A stretch of DNA of 64,000 nucleotides from contig CAVXNT010000007.1 of assembly GCA_963763225.1 (NCBI GenBank), positions 50,982 to 114,981 on the forward strand, in the 5' to 3' direction. Of the stretch, positions 10,075 through 22,622 are shown piece by piece. The DNA is from an uncultured Actinomycetota bacterium (GTDB lineage Bacteria; Actinomycetota; Actinomycetes; Propionibacteriales; Nocardioidaceae). The notes beneath the pieces are model-generated. The model saw only the letters and a program-made list of their open reading frames with translations, did no database searches and had not been told where the DNA came from. Made by a program: the position numbers and the translations under genes. Within the stretch, counting starts at the first letter, position 1; each line of letters begins with the position of its first letter.

Positions 10075-12343
10075 GAGCCCTCCCGGACGAGCAGCGCGAC
10101 GGGGTGGACGGCGAGCAGGTCGGCGAGCCGGCCGGTGGCAGCGGTACCCGTCAGCGCGTCGCGCCAACGCCCGTCCGGCAGCTCGAGCGTCGTGTCGCCC
10201 CAGCCGCCGCGCGCGGCGAGGCCCACGGGAGCCGGGTCGCGACCGTGATCGCGCCGCCGCGGTCGAAGGCGAGGACGTGGTCGGCGGCCGGGCCCGAGGC
10301 GGGCACCGGCGCGTACGTCGTGAACAGGTCGGGCCGGTCCCGCCGCAGCGTGAGCGCGCGTGCACGGACGTGCAGCTTCGCCGCGGCGTCGTCGCCGGCC
10401 TCGCCCGCCGAGCACGGCGGCGCGGTGGTCGAAGTCGACCGGCCGCCGGTTGTCGGGGTCGACCAGCGACTGCTCCCACAGCTCGCTGCCCTGGTAGACG
10501 TCCGGCACGCCGGGCATCGTCGAGCGCGACCAGCTTCGCGGCGAGCGCGTTGGACCGCGCCGGCCTCGTCGATGTCGGCGAGCAGGTCGTCGAGCACCCG
10601 ACGTACGCCGTCGGAGTCGAACGCCGCGTCGACGGCGGCGTGCACCGCGCTCTCGTAGGCCTCGTCGGGTGCGGTCCAGGTGGTGCGGTCGCCCGCCTCG
10701 CGCATCGCCTTCTCGGCGTACCCGTGCAGCCGCCGGCGCAGCTCCGGCTCGGGCGAGGGTCCAGGCGCCGAGCACCGCCTGCCACAGCAGCGACCCGAAG
10801 CCCGGGTCGGGCACGGGAGCCAGGCGCAGCAGCTCGTCGAGCGCGGCCGCCCACAGGTCCGGGCACCTCGGCCAGCGCGGTGATGCGGGCGCGCACGTCC
10901 TCGCCGCGCTTGGTGTCGTGGGTCGTCAGCGTGGTCATCGCGTGCGGCCAGTCCCGCTGCCGCAGGGTCATCGCGTGGTGGAAGTCGTCGGCGTCGACCG
11001 CGAAGAGCGACGGGTCGCCGCCGACCTCGTTGAGCGAGGTGAGCCGCGACCAGCGGTAGAAGGCGCAGTCCTCGACGCCCTTGGCCATCACCATGCCGCT
11101 GGTCTGCTGGAACCGCCGCGCCGGCGGCAGCCCGGGTCCGCCGAGGACGGCAGCGAGGACGTCGTACGTCGCGGCCAGGTCGGGCCGGTTCTCGCGGGCG
11201 CCGGCGAACGCCTCGTCGAGGTGGGCGCGGCCCTCGGGCAGGTAGGAGCGGTAGACCGGGAAGCAGGCGAGCAGCTCGGCGACCGCGTCGCTCGGCCTCG
11301 GGTCTCGTCACCGGTGCCAGGACCTCGCGGCTGATCCGCCGGACCTCGGGCTGCAGGATGCCGTCGGCGACGGCGCGCTTGTTGTCGTGGACCATCGCCG
11401 CCCAGTCGACCGGCGCACCGCGCAGCCGGGCCTCGAGGGCGTCGAGCGGCTTCTCGCCGGCCGGGTCGGTGAGCACCCGGTCGACCAGCGCGAGCGCGTC
11501 GTAGCCGGTGGTGCCTGGGTCGCCCAGTCGGCGGCAGCTGCTCGCCGGGCTCGAGGATCTTCTCCACCAGCACGTAGGCGCCGCCGGTGAGCGCGGCGAG
11601 GTCGTCGAGGTAGCGCTTCGGGTCGCGCAGCCCGTCGGGGTGGTCGACGCGCAGGCCGTCGACGAGGCCCTCGGTCGAACCAGCGCCGGATCTCGGCGTG
11701 GGTCTCGTCGAAGACCTCGGGGTCCTCGACGCGCACGCCGGCGAGGGTGTTGACCGCGAAGAAGCGCCGGTAGTTGAGCTCGGCGTCGGCCGCGCCGCCA
11801 GGACACCAGCTCGTAGTGCTGCTCCTCGAGCGTGCGTCGTGCCGGGCGCCGAGCGGGAAGCGGTGGTCGTGGTAGCGCAGCCTCGCCCGCCCGTCGATGC
11901 GCGATCGAGCCCTCGTCGCCGTCGCCCACGACCGGCACCAGGATCCGGCCGTCGCCGGCCGCCCAGTCGACGTCGAACGCCGTCGCGTGCGCGGAGTCGC
12001 GGCCGTGCCGCAGCAGGTCCCACCACCACGGCGTTCTCGGCCGGCGTCGCGACGCCGACGTGGTTGGGCACGATGTCGACGAGCACGCCCATGCCGAGCC
12101 GCCGGGCCTCGGCCGACAGCGCGGCGAGCCCCTCGGCCCCGCCGCGGGCGGGGTCGACCCGGTCGAACGCGACCACGTCGTAGCCGTGCTGGCTGCCGGG
12201 CTCGGCCGCCAGCAGCGGCGACAGGTAGACCCAGTCGACGCCCAGGGCGTGCAGGTACGGCAGCCGCCGCGCGGCCTCGTGCAGGTCGAACGTCGGGCGT
12301 GACCTGGAGGCGGTAGGTGCGAGGTCGGGCACCCGCACGCCGG

Positions 12344-12347
<4 letters not shown>
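10071..12347 (-). CDS. treY: Malto-oligosyltrehalose synthase, frameshifted
   Basis: [49 protein letters not shown] and [12 protein letters not shown]. Confidence 0.92.
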
Positions 12348-14545
<2,198 letters not shown>

Positions 14546-14581
14546 GGTCGCCTCCGATGTTGGAACGATCAAAGCACACCC

Positions 14582-14609
14582 GTACCCCGTGCGCCTCGGC
14601 CGCGAAACC
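14582..14609 (-). promoter_or_regulatory. SigF/SigB-type stress promoter for glgX-treY-treZ
   Basis: Minus strand GGTTT-N17-GGGTAC matches the actinobacterial SigF-like consensus GGWWT-N16/17-GGGTAY. Confidence 0.7.
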
Positions 14610-14646
14610 CGGGGAACAAATGCGCGGGTCGCGCGGTTGCGCGCCC

Positions 14647-16104
14647 GTGACCACCTCCGAGATCTCGCGCGCCAGCGTGGGCCTGCGCAGCGAGCGCGGT
14701 CCGCTCCTGCTCGCGGTGATGCTGAGCGTCGCGCTGGTCGCGATCGACTCCACCATCCTCGCCACCGCCGTGCCGGCCGTCGTCGACGACCTCGGGGGTT
14801 TCACCCAGTTCCCGTGGCTGTTCTCCATCTACCTGCTGGCCCAGGCCGTGACCGTGCCGGTCTACGCCAAGTTGGCCGACCTGTACGGCCGCAAGCCGGT
14901 GATGCTGGTCGGCATCGGGCTGTTCGTGCTCGGGTCGCTGCTGTGCGGCGTGGCGTGGGGGATGGGCGCCCTGATCGCCTTCCGCGCGGTCCAGGGGCTG
15001 GGTGCGGGCGCCGTGCAGCCGATGAGCATGACGATCGTCGGCGACAGCTACTCACTCGAGGAGCGCGCGAAGGTCCAGGGGTACGTCGCCAGCGTGTGGG
15101 CGATCTCGTCGGTCGTCGGCCCGACGCTGGGCGGCGTGTTCGCCGACTACGCGTCGTGGCGGTGGATCTTCTTCATCAACCTGCCGCTCGGCCTGCTCGC
15201 CGGCGCCATGGATGCTGGCGCAACCTCCACGAGCAGGTCGAGCGCAAGCGCCACGAGATCGACTACGCCGGCGCGCTCCTGCTCACCGCCGGCGGCGTCC
15301 TGCTGCTGCTCGGGCTCCTCGAGGGCGGCGTGCGCTGGGCGTGGTCGTCCCCGACCAGCATCGCGCTCTTCGTGGTCGCCGGCCTGCTGCTCGCCGCGTT
15401 CGTGCTCGTCGAGCGCCGGGCGGCGGAGCCGGTGCTGCCGCTGTGGCTGACTGCGGCACCGCGTCGTGGTGCGCGGCCATGGCCTCGTCGCTGGTCGTCG
15501 GCGTGCTGATGATGGGACTGTCGTCGTACGTCCCGCTGTACGCGCAGAGCGTGCTCGGGTACGGCGCGGTCGCCGCCGGGTTCGCCCTCGCCGCGATGAC
15601 GCTCGGCTGGCCGATCGCGGCGTCCAACTGCCGGGCGCCTGTACCTGACCGTCGGCTTCCGCGCCACGATGATGATCGGCGGCGTCGTCGGTGCGGCCGG
15701 CGCCGCGCTGCTGCTGCTGATCGGGCCGGACAGCTCGATCGTGATGCTCGCCCTGCCCTGCTTCGTGATGGGCGTCGGCTTCGGTCTCGTCGCGAGCCCG
15801 TCGATCATCGCCGCCCAGTCCGCGGTCACCTGGCAGCACCGCGGCGTGGCCACCGGGTCGACGATGTTCGCCCGCTCGGTCGGCAGCGCGGTCGGCGTCG
15901 CGGTCTTCGGCGCGATCGTCAACCACCAGGTCGCCAGCCGCCTGCGGCGGCGGCGTCCCCGACGTCTCCACGCTGACCCCGCAGGTCCTCGACCCGGCCA
16001 TCCACCAGGTCTTCCTCGCCTCCGCGATCGCCGCGGTCGCGCTGCTCGGCGTCGGCGCGCTGATGCCGCGCCGGATCAGCGAGCCGTCGTCGCCGACGCC
16101 GTGA
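14647..16104 (+). CDS. MFS drug-efflux transporter (DHA2, 14 TMS), frameshifted
   Basis: [29 protein letters not shown] and [12 protein letters not shown]. Confidence 0.85.
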
Positions 16105-16423
16105 GGATCGCGCTGAGCACGCCGGGGTAGGCCTCCTCGACGTCGGCGATCCGGAGCCGCTGGCAGTTCCTGCCGTCGACGACCTGCGGCTCGATCACGC
16201 CGGCCTCGCGCAGGATCTTGAAGTGGTGGCTCGCGGTCGACTTGTTGATGCCGTCGTAGAGCTGGCCGCAGGCCGATCGGCGTCCCGTCGGCGGGCAGCC
16301 GGCGCACCATCTCGAGCCGCACCGGGTCGGCGACGGCGGCCAGCACCTCCTGGAGCGGCGCGACCGGCTTCACTGCCGGCAGTGAGCCTCGTGCTCCAGG
16401 GCATCGGTGGTGTGGACCATCAT
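16076..16423 (-). CDS. ArsR/SmtB family regulator, frameshifted; start approximate
   Basis: LAAVADPVRLEMVRRL, INKSTASHHFKILREAG and [11 protein letters not shown]. Confidence 0.75.
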
Positions 16424-16454
16424 CGAGACTTGACTCGTCGAAGTGTCGAGATCT

Positions 16455-16472
16455 GTTCGATGTACATCGAAC
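16455..16472. promoter_or_regulatory. Perfect 18-bp palindrome GTTCGATGTACATCGAAC, likely ArsR operator
   Basis: Lies between the divergent ArsR and MFS genes, downstream of TTGACT at 16430. Confidence 0.7.
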
Positions 16473-16492
16473 CTATCACGAGGAGGAAGTCG

Positions 16493-17738
16493 ATGAGCAC
16501 CGAACTGTCATCCCGAGCGCCGCTGGCGGAGCCGAGCGAGTCGCTCGGTGCCTACCCGCTGCTGGTCACGCTGCTCGCGGTCGGCCCTCGGCGTCTCCGG
16601 AGCGCCGGCGCCGCTGTACGGCGTCTACCAGCAGCGAGTGGCACCTGGCCCCGATCACGACCACGCTGGTGTTCGCGGTCTACGCCGTCGCGGCGCTCGG
16701 CGGGGTGCTCGTGGCCGGACCGGCTCCGACCGGTACGGCCGCAAGCCGCTGCTGCTGCTGGCGGGTGCCGCGATGGTCGTCGGCCTGGTCGTCTTCATGG
16801 TCGGCCGAGGGGTGGCCGCCTGGCTGGTCGTCGCGCGCATCATCCACGGAGCGGCGGTCGGCGCCGCGGTGGTCGCCGGCAGCGCGGCGCTGCTCGACCT
16901 GCGCCCGCAGCGCGGGGCCCGCACCGGCCAGCTGACCGGCATCGTGTTCAACGTCGGGATGGCGGTCACGATGCTCGCCGCCGCGGTGCTCGCGCAGTAC
17001 GGTCCCGACCCCTAGTCACGCCGTACGCGTCGTCGGGCTGGTCGTCCTCGCGCTGCTGCTCGGCCTGCTCGCGATGGCCGAGCCCACCGGGGCCCGGGCG
17101 ACGAGCCGGTCCGCTGCGGATCGCCCGGCCGAGCGTGCCCGCGCGCGATCGCGGCCGACTTCCGGTTCGCCGTGCTCGGGGTGATGGCCGTCGTGGTCGG
17201 TGCTCGGCGTGTACCTCTCGCTGTTCCCGGCGTTCGCCGAGCCAGTCGACCGGCATGCACAGCCTGGTGTTCGGCGGCGCGGTCGTCGCCGCGATGGCGA
17301 GCGCCGCCGCGGTGAGCCAGGCCCTCGGCGGCCGGATCGCGGCGCGCAGCGGCGGCGATCGTGGGCGACTTCGGCACCGCGGTCGCGCTCGGCCCAGCGT
17401 CGCTGGCGCTGGACAGCCACCGCGCGTGGCTGGTCGGGCGGCCGCGGTATTCATGGGCCTGTCGTTCGGGCTCGGCGTTCGGCGGCTCGCTGCGCCACCT
17501 CGGCCGGGTCGTGCCGGCTGCCCACCGCGGCGAGGTGATGTCGGCGTACTACGTGCTGGCCTACAGCGCGATGGCCGTCCCGACGATCCTCGCCGGGTGG
17601 GCCGCGACCACGTGGAGCCTGGCGGCGATGTTCCCGTGGTTCACGGCCGCGGTGGCGCTGGCGTGCCTCGGGGCCGGGCTCCTCGGGACGCGCGGCCGGG
17701 GCGGCGCCGAGCGGCAGGTGTGCGCCACGTGTGCATAG
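16493..17738 (+). CDS. MFS transporter, frameshifted
   Basis: APAPLYGVYQ, SDRYGRKP and RGEVMSAYYV; AGGAGG RBS. Confidence 0.8.
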
Positions 17739-17784
17739 GCAAACCTTGCTTGCGAGCCGACGCGGCGCGTCGTTGGATCGTCGT

Positions 17785-18522
17785 ATGACCGCGAGCGAGC
17801 TGAGCGACGCCCCGATCGGGCCGCACGAGGACGAGCCGCACAAGGGCGGGTTCAACAACCGCCTCAACTGGCTGCGGGCCGCGGTCCTCGGCGCGAACGA
17901 CGGCATCGTGTCGACCGCCGGCATCGTGATCGGCGCCGTGGGCGCGACCAGCGACCGGACGGCCATCGTCATCGCCGGCGTCGCCGGACTCACGGCCGGG
18001 GCGATGAGCATGGGCGCGGGGGAGTACGTCTCGGTGAGCACCCAGCGCGACTCCGAGCTGGCGCTCCTCGCCAAGGAGCGGCGCGAGCTGCACGAGGAAC
18101 CCGAGGAGGAGCTCGCCGAGCTGGCCGGCCTCTACGTCGCGAAGGGGCTCAGCGAGGAGCTCGCCCTGGAGGTGGCCGAGGCGCTCACGGAGCACGACGC
18201 CCTCGGCGCGCACGCCGAGGCCGAGCTGGGCATCGACCCCAACGACATCTCCAGCCCGTGGCACGCCGCCTGGGCGTCGATGCTGTCGTTCACCGTCGGT
18301 GCGCTGCTGCCGCTGCTGACCATGACGCTGTCGTCGGACGCCGTGCGGATCTGGCTCACCGTCGGCACCGTCGTGGCGGCCCTCGCGGTCACCGGCTTCA
18401 CCAGCGCTCGGCTGGGCTTCGCCCGCCCCGGTGGCGCCGTCGCCCGCAATGTCGCGGGCGGGCTGTTCGCGATGGCGGTGACGTACGGGATCGGTGCCGC
18501 ACTCGGGACCCAGATCGGCTGA
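17785..18522 (+). CDS. VIT1/CCC1 family Fe/Mn transporter
   Basis: LNWLRAAVLGANDGIVS and SMGAGEYVSVSTQRD. Confidence 0.92.
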   Translation: MTASELSDAPIGPHEDEPHKGGFNNRLNWLRAAVLGANDGIVSTAGIVIGAVGATSDRTAIVIAGVAGLTAGAMSMGAGEYVSVSTQRDSELALLAKERRELHEEPEEELAELAGLYVAKGLSEELALEVAEALTEHDALGAHAEAELGIDPNDISSPWHAAWASMLSFTVGALLPLLTMTLSSDAVRIWLTVGTVVAALAVTGFTSARLGFARPGGAVARNVAGGLFAMAVTYGIGAALGTQIG

Positions 18523-19097
18523 TGCGCCTGTTCGCGGCCCTGGTGCCGCCGGAGCGGGCGGTCGAGCACCTCGACGCGTTCCTCGAACCCCGACGGGGCG
18601 CGGCGGCGTACCGCTGGGCGGGCGTCGAGCAGTTCCACGTGACCCTGGCGTTCCTCGCCGAGGTCGAGGAGCGGCGCCTGGACGACCTGGTGGAGCGGCT
18701 CGGCCGCGCCGCCGCCCGGCGTACGGCCTTCGAGACCGCGATCAGCGGGGGCGGCGCCTTCCCGAACGCCGCCCGCGCCCGCGTCCTCTGGGCGGGCCTC
18801 GACCTCGACGAGCACGGCCGCACCGAGCTGGACCGGCTCGCGACCGGCTGCCGGGCCGCGGCCAACCGCGCCGGCATCCCGGTCGACGGCCAGCGGTTCC
18901 GCCCGCACGTCACCGTCGCCCGGCTCGGCCGGCCCCAGGAGGCGTCGAGCTTCGTCCGGCTGCTGGACGCCTACGCCGGCCCGCGGTGGGTCGCCGACCG
19001 CCTGACACTCGTCGAGTCACACCTGGGCGAGGGCCCTCGCGGTCGGCCGCGCTACGTGGACGTCGCGGAGTTCGACCTCGCGCCCAGCGCATCCTGA
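18522..19097 (+). CDS. thpR: RNA 2',3'-cyclic phosphodiesterase (2H family)
   Basis: MRLFAAL start and two HxT motifs (HVTLAF, PHVTVAR). Confidence 0.9.
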   Translation: MRLFAALVPPERAVEHLDAFLEPRRGAAAYRWAGVEQFHVTLAFLAEVEERRLDDLVERLGRAAARRTAFETAISGGGAFPNAARARVLWAGLDLDEHGRTELDRLATGCRAAANRAGIPVDGQRFRPHVTVARLGRPQEASSFVRLLDAYAGPRWVADRLTLVESHLGEGPRGRPRYVDVAEFDLAPSAS

Positions 19098-19147
19098 ATC
19101 ACACCGGATGGCGCGGGACGTCCGGGGCCCACGCTCGTTGAACGGGC

Positions 19148-19321
19148 ATGACTGACGAGGACGAGCGCTTCGGCCGCCCCGACGGGCACCGGTACGACGC
19201 GCCCGAGTCCGACGAGAGCCGCATCTCCAAGGAGTGGGCCTACGCCGCGCTCGGGCTGCTGGTGCTGGTGCTCCTCGTGCTGATCGCCACCGGGACGGTG
19301 CCGATCTTCCCGACGGGCTGA
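19148..19321 (+). CDS. Small single-pass membrane protein (57 aa), not in the ORF track
   Basis: [57 protein letters not shown]; fills the gap with GC3-biased codons. Confidence 0.65.
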   Translation: MTDEDERFGRPDGHRYDAPESDESRISKEWAYAALGLLVLVLLVLIATGTVPIFPTG

Positions 19322-19322
19322 G

Positions 19323-19967
<645 letters not shown>

Positions 19968-20083
19968 GGCGCCAGACCCTAGTGGGTACCGCATGGCAGC
20001 GCAAAGGGGTTGGCCGGTCGCGAGTGGCTCTGCACTCTGGATCGACCTCGGACGGCCGCGGACGAGCGGATCGGAGGAGCGCC

Positions 20084-20575
20084 ATGGCCGACCAGAGCGA
20101 CGCGGTCGACTTCGCGCTGGCCGCCTACCGCGAGGACGGCGCCTGGCAGGTGCAGGAGCTCGCCCACGACGTCCTCGAGGACGTCGAGCACCCTCGGCCC
20201 ACGCGCTGCGCCGGTTCCCCGGCGACGGCGGGCGCGATCGGCATGGTCGCGGTCGACGAGGACTTCTTCGTGATCGTCCGGGTCGACCGGCCCGACCACC
20301 CGGGTGCTGCTCTCCGACGTCACCGCCGCCGACGAGTGGGAGCTGGCCAGCTCGGCCATGGACTTCCTCGGCCTGCCCGCCGCCGGAGGACGAGGACGAC
20401 CAGGTGCCCGGCCGGCGACCTCGACCTGCTCGGCGACCTCGGCATGCACGCCATGGACATGGGCGTGCTGCTCGACGACGTCGACCTCTACCCCGACGAG
20501 ATGCTCTCCGACGTGGCCCGCCGGCTCGGCTTCGGCGAGCTCTTCGACGACGCCGTCGGCCTCACCTCCGCGTGA
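20084..20575 (+). CDS. tRNA adenosine deaminase-associated protein, frameshifted
   Basis: [27 protein letters not shown] and DLYPDEML; acidic protein directly upstream of tadA. Confidence 0.75.
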   Translation: MADQSDAVDFALAAYREDGAWQVQELAHDVLEDVEHPRPTRCAGSPATAGAIGMVAVDEDFFVIVRVDRPDHPGAALRRHRRRRVGAGQLGHGLPRPARRRRTRTTRCPAGDLDLLGDLGMHAMDMGVLLDDVDLYPDEMLSDVARRLGFGELFDDAVGLTSA

Positions 20576-21040
20576 GCACCGGCGACTCGCTGGGACGGCG
20601 CCGATGCGGGCCGCCCTGGACGAGGCGCGCGCCGCGCTGGCCGACCGGCGACGTCCCGATCGGGGCGGTCGTCCTCGACGCCGGACGGTACGCTGGTCGG
20701 GCGCGGCCGCAACGTCCGCGAGGCCGAGCCGACCCGACCGGCCACGCCGAGGTGGTCGCGCTGCGCGAGGCCGCGCCGGCGCGCGGCGAGTGGCGGCTCG
20801 ACGGGCTGCACGCTCGTCGTCACCCTCGAGCCGTGCACGATGTGCGCCGGCGCCGGCGGTCCTGGCGCGGGTCGACCGGATCGTCTTCGGCGCCTACGAC
20901 GCCAAGGCCGGCGCCGTCGGCAGCCTGTGGGACGTCGTCCGCGACCGCCGGCTCAACCACCGGCCCGAGGTGCGTCGCCGGGGTGCTCGCCGACGGAGTC
21001 GACGGCGCTGCTCGAGGAGTTCTTCGCCGGGCACCGCTGA
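20572..21040 (+). CDS. tadA: tRNA adenosine(34) deaminase, frameshifted
   Basis: DVPIGAV, DPTGHAEVVALR, VTLEPCTMCAGA, FGAYDAKAGAVGS and RLNHRP. Confidence 0.85.
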
Positions 21041-21060
21041 CCGGCCGGCCAGCGGTGCTC

Positions 21061-21117
21061 CGGCGCGGCCCCGGGACGTCATACGGACGGGGCAACGGGT
21101 GGCACCGTCCGTATGAC
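21061..21117. repeat. REP-like palindrome interrupted by IS110: left arm, loop and first part of the right arm (rest at 22540-22558)
   Basis: GCCCCGGGACGTCATACGGACGG (21068-21090) is the exact reverse complement of CCGTCCGTATGAC (21105-21117) joined to GTCCCGGGGC (22540-22549). Confidence 0.9.
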
Positions 21118-21159
21118 TGTGAGTGTTGGTGCAGCGGCCCGCGTTGGTGTGGTGGGCTG

Positions 21160-21370
21160 TGGGCCAGTTGGTCCCGGGTGTGACTCACCGTATGACTGGC
21201 TTCGTGCCTTCAACACGACTTGTCCGTCCGGGGCTGCTGGCCCGGTCCAAGCAGAGCAACTGACCTGATCAGGAGCTTGACCATTCGGCGTGTCCGCGCC
21301 GGATGTGTCCCATCACAGTCTCGTCGTCACTCCGCCTGGACCGAACCGTCACGTTCCCCCCCAGGCAAGG
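21160..21370 (+). ncRNA. Putative IS110 bridge RNA (boundaries approximate)
   Basis: Non-coding region upstream of the recombinase with segments at 21188-21196, 21215-21219, 21271-21276 and 21313-21320 matching target and donor halves in the expected order and orientation. Confidence 0.7.
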
Positions 21371-21380
21371 AGTAGAACGC

Positions 21381-22532
21381 ATGACCAGTGTGACCATGCT
21401 GGGCGAGCATGTCGACGTGGTGATCGGGGTCGACACGCACGTCGAGACCCACACCGCGTGTGCGGTGCGCGTCGACAACGGCGCAGTGCTGGACCGGATC
21501 ACCGTGCCCACCACGACGGCCGGCTATCGCGAGCTGGTCGAGTTCGCCGACACTGTGTGCGAGGAGCTGACCGGTCAACTCGCTCGTGCCGCACACGAAC
21601 CCAGCCTGGACCTCGAGCCGGTGGTGCTGACCGCACGTGCGTGGGCCATCGAGGGCACCGGCGGGCACGGCGCCGGCTTGAGCCGGGTTCTCGAGCAGGG
21701 CCACGAGCTGGTCTTCGAGCTGGACCGCCCCCAACGGGCAAGGCGTCGCCACGGCAAGAAGTCCGACCCGCTCGATGCCGAGCGCGCGGCCCGCGAGGCG
21801 CTGTCTCGGCCCCGCTTGGGCACCCCGCGGGCCGGGACCGGGGACCGGCAGGTCCTGGCCCAGTTGCTCTCGGCCCGCGCCGGCGCGGTCCAGGCCGCCA
21901 CCGACGCGCAACGCCAGCTGTTCTCCTGGGTGGTCTCAGCTCCCGAACAGATCCGGGAGCGGCTGCGGGGCCGGCGCGGTCACGACCTGCTCACCGCCGC
22001 CGCCCGGCTCCGTGGACACGCCACCTGGGGCCGCGACGCCCAGCTGATCGCTACCACCCTGGCCACCGTGGCCCGCCGGGCCCTGACGCTGATCGAAGAG
22101 GCCAAGGGGTACGACAAGCAGATCCGCGACCTGGTCCGCCAGTGGCGTCCCGACCTGCTCAACCAGGTCGGAGTCGGCCCGATCGTGGCCGCGACCGTGC
22201 TGTGCGCGTGGTCCCACCCCGGCCGGATCCACTCCGAGGCCGCCTTTGCCATGCTCGCCGGCGCCGCCCCGATCCCCGCCAACAGCGGACAGGTCGCCCA
22301 CCGCTACCGGCTCAACCCCTACGGCGACCGACGCCTCAACGCCGCCCTGCACACCATCGCGCTCACCAGGAAACGCTGCCACGCCCCGACCCAGGCCTAC
22401 TACGAACGCCGCACCGCTCAAGGCAAGAGCCCCCGCGAGATCCGCCGCTGCCTCAAGCGCTACATCGCCCGAGACCTCTACCGACTCCTCGAGCACCACC
22501 AACCCACGTCACCAGGGGTTGACGCGACATAG
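21381..22532 (+). CDS. IS110 family recombinase/transposase (383 aa), intact
   Basis: RuvC-like DEDD residues (GVDTH, AIEGTG, KSDPLDA), GVGP and PANSG catalytic serine, GDRRLNAALH, RCLKRYIAR; AAGGAG RBS. Confidence 0.95.
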   Translation: MTSVTMLGEHVDVVIGVDTHVETHTACAVRVDNGAVLDRITVPTTTAGYRELVEFADTVCEELTGQLARAAHEPSLDLEPVVLTARAWAIEGTGGHGAGLSRVLEQGHELVFELDRPQRARRRHGKKSDPLDAERAAREALSRPRLGTPRAGTGDRQVLAQLLSARAGAVQAATDAQRQLFSWVVSAPEQIRERLRGRRGHDLLTAAARLRGHATWGRDAQLIATTLATVARRALTLIEEAKGYDKQIRDLVRQWRPDLLNQVGVGPIVAATVLCAWSHPGRIHSEAAFAMLAGAAPIPANSGQVAHRYRLNPYGDRRLNAALHTIALTRKRCHAPTQAYYERRTAQGKSPREIRRCLKRYIARDLYRLLEHHQPTSPGVDAT

Positions 22533-22622
22533 GAGCGTCGTCCCGGGGCGAGCGGATCGTCGTGATCCTCGTCGAGCAGCTCGGCTGACGCGCGCGCTGG
22601 GGCCGTGGCGGACAATTGCCGG

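Larger units (their letters stand above)
21118..22539 (+). mobile_element. IS110-family insertion sequence (about 1.42 kb, no terminal inverted repeats, no target duplication)
   Basis: Ends defined by reconstructing the interrupted palindrome and by the empty copy at 6116-6191; long 5' non-coding end, recombinase gene, very short 3' end. Confidence 0.9.

Noticed and set aside
21101-21110. Alternative IS110 left boundary at the shared CGTC (21106-21109 versus 22536-22539)
   Set aside because: It would not restore the palindrome or match the empty copy at 6116-6191, both of which require the junction at 21117.
21303-21380. N-terminal extension of the transposase given by the ORF track
   Set aside because: ATG 21381 has the AAGGAG RBS, and the extension overlaps the putative bridge RNA.
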